Assembly: GCA_015207585.1 (NCBI GenBank) | Contig: JADEWQ010000086.1 | Location: 1 to 27,111, forward strand | Reading direction: 5' to 3' | Source of the DNA: Pleurocapsales cyanobacterium LEGE 06147 | Lineage (GTDB): Bacteria > Cyanobacteriota > Cyanobacteriia > Cyanobacteriales > Xenococcaceae | DNA length: 27,111 nt | Shown here: one piece after another, positions 8,623 to 17,165 of the stretch | Position numbering within the stretch: position 1 is the stretch's first letter | Layout: every line of letters starts with the position of its first letter | Program-made: the position numbers and the translations under genes | The notes under the pieces: model-generated | The model's database searches: none | The model's input: only the letters and a program-made list of their open reading frames with translations | What the model was told of the DNA's origin: nothing

Positions 8623-9957
8623 ATGAAAAACACCAAACTGAGCAAACTTTGGGACTCGCTTCATTCTAGTTATTGGTTTTTGCCGACGATCTTTGCAGCA
8701 ATCTCGTTTGCTCTTGCTTTCGCAATGCTGACGCTCGATCGAACAGGCTACTATGGAGCGATTGAAGAATGGGGCTGGATTTATACTGGCGGAGCGGATG
8801 GGGCGCGGGCAGTGCTTTCTGCCATCGCTGGTTCGATGATTACCGTTGCCGGTACTGTCTTCTCGATTACCATCGTAGCACTTCAGCTTGCTTCTTCTAA
8901 TTTCGGTCCCCGACTGCTACGCAATTTTATGCAGGACACGGGTAATCAAGTCGTCCTCGGCACTTTTATTGGCACATTTGTCTACTGTTTGCTCGTACTG
9001 CGTATTATCCGGGGAGAGGGAGATGGATATAGCCAGTTTGTGCCGCAGCTCTCTGTTACAGTCGGCATCGTTTTCGCGCTCGCGAGTATCGGAGTGCTGA
9101 TTTACTTTATCCATCATGCATCGACCATAATACAGGTATCTAACATCATCTCTGAAGTTAGTACAGAGCTAGATCGTGCTATCGATCGCCTTTTCCCAGA
9201 AAAGCTCGGACGTAGCTTGTCCAAATCCAACAACCAAGTTGCCCAAATACCAATCGATTTTGACTCCCAAGCTTGTCCGATTAAAGCTAATGGTAGCGGT
9301 TATTTACAAACAATCGATGACGAAAAATTGTTGAAGATTGCCTCCCAACATAAACTGCTGTTGCGTCTCAAATATCGACCGGGAAAATTTGTGGTCAATG
9401 GCAGCGAGCTAGTCTCGGTTTATCCTCGAGCAAGAGTCAATCGGAAACTTGTTAAGCAGATTAATGATACTTTTATTCTGGGCAAAGAACGAACAGAACA
9501 ACAGGATATAGAGTTTCCGATCGCTCAGTTGGTGGAGATCGCCCTACGAGCAATTTCTCCTGCCGTCAACGATCCGTTTACAGCAATTAGATGTATCGAC
9601 CGACTAGGCGACGGACTTTCCCGTCTAGCCCAAAGAGATTTCCCTTCTCCCTACCGCTATGATGACGATGACAACCTACGGGTCATTGCCGAACCAGTCA
9701 CATTTGCTGGGTTAATCGATGTCGCTTTTAATCAGCTCAGACAGTATGGTAAAAGTGATGTGGCAGTAACCATCCGTTTACTCGAAGCGATCGCGATCGT
9801 TGCTGGTTATATTCACAACCAACAAGAGCGTACGGTGCTGCTGCGTCATGCGGAAAAGATCTGGCGCGATAGCCGCAGAGAAATATCAGAACAGTTAGAT
9901 CTAAAGGATATTGAAGAGCGATACGAGGCAGTAATAAAAAAAGTAATGGAGTTTTGA
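8623..9957 (+). CDS. Membrane protein, DUF2254-like (family assignment tentative)
   Basis: It starts 6 nt after the MscS stop, so is probably co-transcribed. It has ~4 N-terminal TM helices and a large soluble C-terminal region. The family call is from memory of DUF2254 architecture. Confidence 0.6.
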   Translation: MKNTKLSKLWDSLHSSYWFLPTIFAAISFALAFAMLTLDRTGYYGAIEEWGWIYTGGADGARAVLSAIAGSMITVAGTVFSITIVALQLASSNFGPRLLRNFMQDTGNQVVLGTFIGTFVYCLLVLRIIRGEGDGYSQFVPQLSVTVGIVFALASIGVLIYFIHHASTIIQVSNIISEVSTELDRAIDRLFPEKLGRSLSKSNNQVAQIPIDFDSQACPIKANGSGYLQTIDDEKLLKIASQHKLLLRLKYRPGKFVVNGSELVSVYPRARVNRKLVKQINDTFILGKERTEQQDIEFPIAQLVEIALRAISPAVNDPFTAIRCIDRLGDGLSRLAQRDFPSPYRYDDDDNLRVIAEPVTFAGLIDVAFNQLRQYGKSDVAVTIRLLEAIAIVAGYIHNQQERTVLLRHAEKIWRDSRREISEQLDLKDIEERYEAVIKKVMEF

Positions 9958-9964
9958 GTTAACC

Positions 9965-10834
9965 TTACGTTTCTCGATTTTGACCAGACAATGCTTCAAT
10001 CTCAGCACGCAAAGCTTTAATTTCATCACGCAGCATCTTTAGCGATTTGGCACCCGCTAGCTCGGCTTCGTCATTGTCGGCATCGCGACCGACAAAAAAC
10101 GTGGCAAGGGCTGCCGTCACATAGCCAAACACGGCAAATGCATACAGCGCCAGCATAAAACAAAGCACTCGTCCTTCTGGAGTTTCGGGCCAGTATTGCG
10201 AACCCATCGTGCTCATCAGCATTGCTGTCCACCACAACGCTGTGCCATAGTCTTGGAGTCCTCCTGGAACATCTTTTTCAAAGGCATGCATTCCCGCCGC
10301 CCCAACCAACGAGATCGCTATTGTCAGCGCCATGACATAACCAAAGCCGCGACGATTCATACTAGCACCGAGAGCACGCATGCCGCGATTAGTTCGTATC
10401 ATAATGCGAACTAAATTTAATCCGCGAGTCGCTCTTGCCGTATTTAGCAAGCGCACAAAGCGAGCTAGCCTGAAAATGCGTAACGCTGGTAATAATAAAG
10501 CAAGAACCGTCAGCCAGTTGCTTTTGAAATAAGCTATTTTGTGTGGAGCTAGGAAAAATTCGAGCGCGAAATCTAGGATAAAAGCCCCCCAAATAAGCGT
10601 GGCGAGTGCTTGCAGCAGTGGACTTAATCCCGCAGTTAATTCAACGACAAACAATATCAGCCAAACAAAAGCTAGTAGGAGCATTGGCAGATCCAGCCAA
10701 TCTTCTAGCTGTTGTAAAATCTCCTCCCGTTCCCGATTGAGTGTTCGTTTTTCTGAGGCTTTCATTCTGTAACGCTCAAAAATTTGACATACTCCGCGAC
10801 CTGAAGGTACGCGGATTCTAGGGTCAAACAACAA
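9965..10834 (-). CDS. 6-TM voltage-sensor-type ion channel (Ion_trans family) with a C-terminal coiled coil. The likely true start is Met at 10765 (MKASEK...)
   Basis: S4 helix with Arg at every third position (LRIFRLARFVRLLNTARATRGLNLVRIMIR), a pore loop (WWTAMLMSTMGSQYWPE), and an S6 helix. The first 23 codons of the ORF overlap IS-derived sequence. Confidence 0.8.
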   Translation of the reverse strand: MLFDPRIRVPSGRGVCQIFERYRMKASEKRTLNREREEILQQLEDWLDLPMLLLAFVWLILFVVELTAGLSPLLQALATLIWGAFILDFALEFFLAPHKIAYFKSNWLTVLALLLPALRIFRLARFVRLLNTARATRGLNLVRIMIRTNRGMRALGASMNRRGFGYVMALTIAISLVGAAGMHAFEKDVPGGLQDYGTALWWTAMLMSTMGSQYWPETPEGRVLCFMLALYAFAVFGYVTAALATFFVGRDADNDEAELAGAKSLKMLRDEIKALRAEIEALSGQNRET

Positions 10835-11132
10835 CTGCTTCTACTGGAAGTCTTACATCGTCTAACCTAAGAGTCGATGCCCCAACTCTTTTGAGATTAA
10901 GGGCTGCGTTCAAATCCCTTTGAATACCTTTTTTATTGCAGCCTGGGCAATCCCAAAATCTGTCTTTCAGTTCTAATCTTTGGTTATAGTAGCCGCATTG
11001 AAAACAGGTACGGCTAGAGGGAGACCACCTATCAATGTAGTGGACTGTCTTTCCTTTTCTGTTAGCAACTACTTCTAAGATATCACCGCTTAAAAAAAGC
11101 AATACAGTGGTTGTAGATACTGGCAGCAGCAT
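10824..11132 (-). pseudogene. tnpB: TnpB (IS605 OrfB) C-terminal fragment, ~100 aa of an expected ~400
   Basis: RuvC-III/zinc-ribbon region: WSPSSRTCFQCGYYN...CPGCNKKGIQRDLNAALNL. The N-terminal ~300 aa are missing. Confidence 0.7.
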
Positions 11133-11313
11133 TTATAACTCGCTTTAAGTATCTATTTTTTCTAGACTCGTATAACTTGAATTTGTAGGTTTTCATTCAG
11201 CTCGACCAACTGTGTTAGAATTCATTCTAGTATGTTTGGTTGTCTAGGTCTACTAATCCTTACAGACGAGAGAAGCACAGTGTTTCAGGGATTTATATAC
11301 ATTTGGTCTTTAA

Positions 11314-11643
11314 TACCGAAGAAAATGCTTTACACCCAAACATATAGCTGCCTTAAAAGAAATCTGCGAACGGGTAGCCAAGAGTATGAATTTTAAGTTG
11401 ATAGAGCTAAACGGCGAAAGCGACCATATACATCTATTAATCGAGTTTCCACCGAAGTTATCTGTATCTCAGATAGTTAATTCTTTAAAAGGAGTGTCGA
11501 GTAGGATGCTGAGAAAGAAGTATCCAAATTTAAGACCCCATAAAGACCATTTATGGAGCCCTAGCTACTTTGCTATTAGTTGTGGGGGCGCGCCTCTAGA
11601 AAAGATTAAGGCGTATATTGAAAACCAATCAAAGCCGTCGTAG
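11314..11643 (+). pseudogene. tnpA: IS200-type TnpA (Y1 HUH transposase), N-terminally disrupted
   Basis: HUH motif DHIHLLIEFPP and the C-terminal LWSPSYFAISCGGAPLEKIKAYIENQ. The in-frame upstream stretch YRRKCFTPKHIAALKEI matches TnpA but is preceded by a stop at 11311. A frame-shifted fragment lies further upstream. Confidence 0.7.
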
Positions 11644-11851
11644 AACGTCGGGGCTTTAGACCCATTCCTGCGGTAAAAAGCGATCGCCCTTAAGAAATTG
11701 CGTCTGATTAATCTACCCAAGTAAGTAACTCCAAAGGAGTAATACCGTCAATTAAGTGAGTGCCAATCAAATTGACATTAGACAGTAATACAAAAATATC
11801 TAACGCTCGAATTACTCCTATTTATTTTCTAGCGCTCGAAATAGCCATTGA

Positions 11852-11892
11852 ACCTGTAAGTTTAGCTATGAGCCAACGGCAAAACAAGAGAA
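11852..11892 (+). repeat. Copy 2 of the ~40-bp direct repeat. It recreates ATG plus 9 codons of the hydrolase N-terminus (MSQRQNKRKNI*) as an 11-codon stub
   Basis: ACCTGTAAGTTTAGCTATGAGCCAACGGCAAAACAAGAGAA aligns with 5291-5331. Confidence 0.8.
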
Positions 11893-11904
11893 AAAATATT
11901 TAAT

Positions 11905-13122
11905 TTATTGATTGCGATGCAGACAGTTGACAGTATCGCGAGCAATGATGGCAGCTTCGTCTACTGGAATAACATAGACTGGAATTCTAGCATCTTCGGT
12001 GCTAATTTGTTCCTCCGTACCTTTTGCCTTGGCGTTGCATTCAGCATCGATGGTTAGTCCGCACCAGTCCATGCCCCTACAAATGCGATCGCGCACGATT
12101 GGTTGGTTTTCCCCAATACCGCCTCCGAAGACAACTGCATCTGTATCATCGAGAACTGCTAAGTAAGCACCAATGCACTTACGAACTCGATAGCAAAACA
12201 TCTCGATCGCTAAAGCAGCACACTTATCTCCTTGACGTTCTGCCTCAATTAACTCCCGCATATCTGAAGAACGTCCCGACACTCCCAGTAACCCAGAACG
12301 CTTGTTCAGCCACTCTTCTACCGTCTCAGTATCAACTCCTTCCCGTTGAACCAAAAAACCCGGTAAAGAGGGGTCTATATCTCCGCAGCGGGTTCCCATC
12401 ATCAATCCTTCCAATGGAGTGAAACCCATAGAAGTATCCACAGAGCGTCCATTGGCGATCGCCGTTGCCGAGCAACCGCTGCCTAATTGCAGCGTAATGA
12501 TTTTTGTTTGCTCGACGGGTATATTGGTAATGGCAGCGTAACGTTCTAGCATGTAACGATGAGCCAGTCCGTGAAAACCGTATCGTCTAATCCGATACTT
12601 TGTCGCTAATTCTTGGTCGATGGCATACTGAGATGCTTTTTCTGGCAGAGTACAGTGAAAGGTCGTATCGAAAGTCGCTACCATGGGAATGCTAGAACCT
12701 AAAATCTCGCTGGTAGCACGGATAGCATTCAATGAAGGTGCATTATGAAGGGGAGCTAAGTCTGTAAGGTCATCGAGAGCGGCAATGACTTCTCGATCGA
12801 TTAGAGTTGGTTCTCTAAAGCGATCGCCTCCGTGAACTACTCGATGCCCGACCGCTTGCAGTGCATCGGCTGATAAAAAGCCTATATCTTCTAGCCAGTC
12901 GAATACTAGTTTAATCGCCTCTTGATAGTCGGCTATTTGAATATCTTCTTGCAGCTTTTTATCATTCTTGGCAGCGAACTTTATTCCTCCCCAACTGCCG
13001 ATACCCTCAACTTTACCCCGAGCGAGTTTTTGTTCTGGTTTGGGAAGCGCCCCTTCGTTGTCAATATCAATGACCTGAAATTTTAGCGTCGAGCTGCCGC
13101 AGTTAATTGCTAGAATTTGCAT
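11905..13122 (-). CDS. ackA: Acetate kinase
   Basis: N-terminal MQILAINCGSSTLKFQV (ASKHA fold), then the conserved HLGSGCS and VHGGG-type motifs. Full length, 405 aa. Confidence 0.9.
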   Translation of the reverse strand: MQILAINCGSSTLKFQVIDIDNEGALPKPEQKLARGKVEGIGSWGGIKFAAKNDKKLQEDIQIADYQEAIKLVFDWLEDIGFLSADALQAVGHRVVHGGDRFREPTLIDREVIAALDDLTDLAPLHNAPSLNAIRATSEILGSSIPMVATFDTTFHCTLPEKASQYAIDQELATKYRIRRYGFHGLAHRYMLERYAAITNIPVEQTKIITLQLGSGCSATAIANGRSVDTSMGFTPLEGLMMGTRCGDIDPSLPGFLVQREGVDTETVEEWLNKRSGLLGVSGRSSDMRELIEAERQGDKCAALAIEMFCYRVRKCIGAYLAVLDDTDAVVFGGGIGENQPIVRDRICRGMDWCGLTIDAECNAKAKGTEEQISTEDARIPVYVIPVDEAAIIARDTVNCLHRNQ

Positions 13123-13217
13123 GAATTTATTGCCGTACGCCTTGGAAATAATTCTTCATACTAAGTTGCTTTTAAAAATATGATTTAGCCTCACGCAAAG
13201 ACGCAAAGAAAAGGTAA

Positions 13218-14106
13218 TTAGCTAATTGTTTGCGTTTTTTTGTTCTCTAAACCCTCTCTGGCGTGTTCTAGACGCAATTCTCCTTGGGGCGGTTGACGCA
13301 GTTCTTGGGGGGTTTGTTGACCGACAGAACCCTTGGCAATGGTAACTCCTCCATCTGCTAACCAAAGTGCTCCCGTAACATAGCTTGCTTCGTCACTAGC
13401 TAAGAAAGCGCAGACATTAGCTATTTCCTCTGGCGTACCTCGTCGAGCCATCGGTGTGGCTTCAATTAACATTTGCTCCATCTGGGCATTCATCGGACCG
13501 GTTTCTTTATGCGTCCAGGCAGTATCGATCGCTCCAGGACAGTAACAGTTAGCGCGAACTCCGTATTTGGCTTGCTCGACTGCAACTCCTTTAACAAAGG
13601 AATGCATCCAGCCTTTGGTGCCTCCATAGGGGGTATTCTGTGCCAATCCGTTAAAGCCTGCTTCCGAACCCGCACAGACAATGTTTCCCCTGGTTTTTTG
13701 CAGGTGCGGCAGGGCATATTTGGTCATCAGAAAGGCGGAACGGATGTTCATTCTAACTAATAGTTTGGTCAAAAACATCGACTGGGTATGATTGGGTTTC
13801 TGCCGCGGCTAAAAACACACCTGCATTATTTACCAAGATGTCCAACCGCCCATATTCTTCGACAGTTACGCGAACGCAATTTTGGGCATGAGTCTCTTCG
13901 GAGACATCACCCAGATAAGCAAGGGCTTCGCCGCCATACTGGCTAATTGCCAATGCTACCTCATGAACCGGATCTTCTGACAATCCGTTAACCATGACTC
14001 TGGCACCTTCTTTGGCAAACTTATGAGCGATCGCTTCACCAATACCAGTACCCGCACCAGTAACAATGGCTACTTTTCCTTGCAAACTTCTAGTCACGAG
14101 TCTCAA
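13218..14106 (-). pseudogene. Short-chain dehydrogenase/reductase (SDR) split by a single frameshift into two overlapping ORFs (13753-14106 and 13218-13778)
   Basis: The N-terminal ORF has the TGAGTGIG Rossmann motif and NNAG. The C-terminal ORF has the catalytic YGGTKGW (YxxxK) and a PGAIDT motif. The ORFs overlap by 26 nt in different frames near a T5 run (13765-13775). Confidence 0.65.
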
Positions 14107-14357
14107 TCTCCTCTTAGTTAACTTTCTTTTGAATAAAAATATTTAATTAATTCCGGTCGAGCGATCGACAAATTTTGCCTGCACTTTACTAATATTCAAT
14201 CGATGTTGAACGAAAGTTTGATTATGCCGCTCGGATACAAAAAAACTTTGCATCCCAATCGTAGTCAAGCAGAATAATTTATTCCTCTAACAAACGATAG
14301 AAAGATTTGGCATCATGCTTCTGAACACAAAGAAAATATCTCAGATCGTGGACTGGT

Positions 14358-14720
14358 TTGCCACTGGACTATAACGAATTTATCACAGTCTTGTTTTACT
14401 TAAATATTCCACTAGAACCTCTTGAAACCATAAGTAGTTCAGCAAAAGTGTTTTCAACGTCACTAGTTTCGAGCGAACGTTTGGAACTATTTCTTAGGGA
14501 TGATTCTAGTAAGTGGGAACAGTCTAAGAGCAGAGAAGTAATCGGTAAAGCAGTTTTGACACAAATTGATAAAAGCGTTGTTTTAAAATCAGTTTTGATA
14601 GGTGGAGATAATGATGATACTCGTATATTGAAGAGTGTCAATTTAAGTTTTGAATCAGGAAAAATCTATGGACTTGCGGGAAGAACGGGAAGTGGTAAAT
14701 CCACATTATTAACATCAAGT
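14358..14720 (+). pseudogene. Fragment of a fused ABC exporter (end of the TMD, linker, and NBD up to Walker A, GRTGSGKSTLL)
   Basis: ILKSVNLSFESGKIYGLAGRTGSGKSTLL is a canonical NBD beginning. The upstream TMD and downstream Walker B/signature motif are absent. Confidence 0.6.
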
Positions 14721-15057
14721 CGGACAACCGTGGCGCAATACCTATTTATCTATACATCGCGATGGGGTAGATATAAGTCAAGAAATCTTCGGCGCGATCG
14801 CCTGTTTTGAGCATCAGACAGGTAATTTATCTTTAGCAGATATGGGAGAAAACCGCTATCCTTCCGAACCAATTTACGTCCCTCATCCCAACAATCCCGA
14901 ACGAGGCTGGCTGCTGACAGTAGTTTATGACGGCAATACAGATAGTAGTGAAGTGAGAATCTACAAAAGTCGCGCTCTAGAAACCGAACCCATTTGTCGT
15001 TTGGGTTTACCTAGCGTTATTCCTCCTAGTTTTCATGGTACTTGGAAACCAAGCTAG
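14713..15057 (+). pseudogene. C-terminal ~115 aa of a carotenoid cleavage oxygenase (RPE65/CCD family), missing the rest of the gene
   Basis: The conserved CCD C-terminus PSEPIYVP...ERGWLLTVVYDG...SEVRIY...LGLPSVIPPSFHGTW, in a different frame from the ABC fragment and abutting it. Confidence 0.55.
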
Positions 15058-15670
15058 AACATCATTGCGCAATGCAAAACTTAGAGATGAACTAGCAGAT
15101 TAGATTTTTAGTAAAGTAATTTTGTTTTATTTAAAAATGGAAAAGATTTTTTCAACAACAGGAGTAATTCTCTGAACTAGTCTAAGTCGTTTTTGTCTGA
15201 CAATAGGGTTCCAACCAAAGACAGAGGAAAACAGTTGTTTAATGAAATAAAAGGAAAAGGTAATTACTCTGTCGCTTGAGACAAGCAAGAATCATGATTA
15301 ACCGCCAAACTATTTTTGCGACTGCTCGGCGCGAGCATTTCGCCATAACCAAAGGCAGGTTAAGCGACCTAATTAGCCATCTCAAAGAAGATATCGCTCG
15401 ATTAAAAGAGTCAAAAGCGCAAGCTTTTTGGAGACGACGACTGTAGTTTTGCAAGGATTAAAGACCGCATATAACCATTACAAGCAAGCCGAGGAAGAAG
15501 TATAGCAGCACTAGAGAGTAAAGTGCAAGGGTGCAGAACAGCTCGACTGGCTGAAACAAGATAACTTATCACAGCTGTGTTGCCTCTAAAAAGCCTAAGA
15601 GCAAAAGTTCTAGTCGAGCAATTATCGGCTTTGCCTACACCTAGATCTGTCGCTCGAGAGGAACTCAATT

Positions 15671-16666
15671 ATGAATTCAGCCAATTCTGAATCTCGCCCC
15701 ATCATTATTATCGGTGCTGGCTCGGCGGGATTGACTGCCGCTATTTATGCAGCACGAGCTAATCTCAATCCATTGGTAATTCAGGGTCCAGAACCTGGAG
15801 GACAACTTTCTACAACTACGGATGTAGAAAACTATCCAGGTTTTGTAGAAGGAGTTCTCGGACCAGAACTGATGCAGATTTTTGAGGCACAAGCCGCTCG
15901 CTTCGGTACGGAAATACGTCGAGGAACAGTTACTTCTGTGGATTTATCCAAACAACCTTTTCGCCTTACTGTGGATGACAAGCAGACCTTACTGGCTAAA
16001 ACAATAGTTGTAGCTACTGGTGCCAGTCCGAAAAAACTCGGTCTAGAAAATGAGCAAAAATTGACCGGTAAAGGAGTTTCTTACTGCGCTACCTGTGATG
16101 GGGCTTTTTTCAAAGACGAGGAGGTAGCTGTTGTGGGTGGCGGCGATACAGCAATGGAAGATGCTCTCTTTCTCACGCGCTTTGCTGCTCAAATTTACTT
16201 AATTCATCGTCGGGATAAATTAAGAGCTTCTCCAATCCTACAAGATCGCGCTTTTGCCAAAGAAAAAATTACCTTTATTTGGAACACAGAGGTAGAAAAA
16301 ATCTTAGGAACCAATGAAGTTGAAGGGTTGATTCTTAGAAATGTTAGTACTGAAGAAAAGTCTGACTTAGCCGTCAAAGGTTTGTTTGTAGCGATTGGCT
16401 ATCAACCCAATACCAATATTTTCCGAGAATGGCTAGAGATGGACGAACAAGGATATATCAAAACTCGTCCCGATTCTACTTACACCAATATTGCTGGCGT
16501 GTTTGCCTGTGGCGATGCTCGAGATCGCGTTTATCGACAAGCAATTACTGCTGCTGGAACGGGATGTATGGCGGCGATCGATGCCGAACGCTGGCTACAG
16601 TCTCAAGAGCAAGTCGTCATTACTACAGCTGATAAATGGGGCGATCTGGTCGAGAACAATAACTAA
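15671..16666 (+). CDS. trxB: Thioredoxin-disulfide reductase (NADPH-dependent)
   Basis: FAD motif IIIIGAGSAGLTAA, redox-active CATC (SYCATCDG), NADPH motif VVGGGDTAMEDA. 331 aa. Confidence 0.9.
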   Translation: MNSANSESRPIIIIGAGSAGLTAAIYAARANLNPLVIQGPEPGGQLSTTTDVENYPGFVEGVLGPELMQIFEAQAARFGTEIRRGTVTSVDLSKQPFRLTVDDKQTLLAKTIVVATGASPKKLGLENEQKLTGKGVSYCATCDGAFFKDEEVAVVGGGDTAMEDALFLTRFAAQIYLIHRRDKLRASPILQDRAFAKEKITFIWNTEVEKILGTNEVEGLILRNVSTEEKSDLAVKGLFVAIGYQPNTNIFREWLEMDEQGYIKTRPDSTYTNIAGVFACGDARDRVYRQAITAAGTGCMAAIDAERWLQSQEQVVITTADKWGDLVENNN

Positions 16667-16698
16667 TTTGATGATGAGTTAGAACGAGAAGAAAAGCA

Positions 16699-16839
16699 AT
16701 GAATATTTTCCAAAAACTACAACAAAAATTTCAACATGTCTGGGAAGGAGTAGTAAGAATTTTTCAACCCAGCGATGATGATTACCCAGAGTCAGGGGTT
16801 CAACCTTATGAAGGCGAACCTGCTGAAGAGCAACAATAA
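16699..16839 (+). CDS. Hypothetical 46-aa acidic small protein (MNIFQKLQQKFQHVWEGVVRIFQPSDDDYPESGVQPYEGEPAEEQQ)
   Basis: Open frame with low-complexity acidic C-terminus and no recognised domain. It could be non-coding. Confidence 0.25.
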   Translation: MNIFQKLQQKFQHVWEGVVRIFQPSDDDYPESGVQPYEGEPAEEQQ

Positions 16840-16892
16840 ATTACCGATTACAAGCATTTCAAGCTGTTGGAGGAATAACTAAATGAGTATTA

Positions 16893-17165
16893 ATGATCGC
16901 TTGTGTCTCTGTTAACGATCCCTTCGTTATGGATGCCTGGGGTAAAGCCGAAAATGCCGACAATAAAGTCTTGATGCTGACTGACGGCGAAGGTGAATTT
17001 ACCAAAGCAATGGGTATGGAAGCCGACTTAAAAGGAACAGGATTTGGCTTGCGATCGCAACGCTATGTTGCAATTGTCGAAGATGGTGTAGTCAAGCATC
17101 TCGCCGTAGACAAGATGGGAGAAGTGGAAGCGAGTACGGCGGGAAAGGTTTTGGAGAAATTGTAA
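16893..17165 (+). pseudogene. Type II peroxiredoxin (Prx5-like) C-terminal half, lacking the peroxidatic-Cys N-terminal ~85 aa
   Basis: IACVSVNDPFVMDAWGK...GFGLRSQRYVAIVEDGVVK matches the PrxII core downstream of the active site. No PGAFTPTCS-coding sequence is upstream. Confidence 0.6.

Larger units (their letters stand above)
10766..11700. mobile_element. Decayed IS200/IS605-family insertion sequence remnant (divergent tnpB and tnpA fragments with an internal deletion)
   Basis: Contains a TnpB C-terminal zinc-ribbon fragment and a TnpA HUH-transposase C-terminal half arranged divergently as in IS605. Boundaries are approximate. Confidence 0.55.

Noticed and set aside
15239-15668. Minus-strand ORFs 15239-15454 and 15411-15668
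   Set aside because: No RBS, and the amino-acid composition is odd and Ser/Arg-rich. They overlap each other and the trxB promoter region, so they are most likely non-coding.
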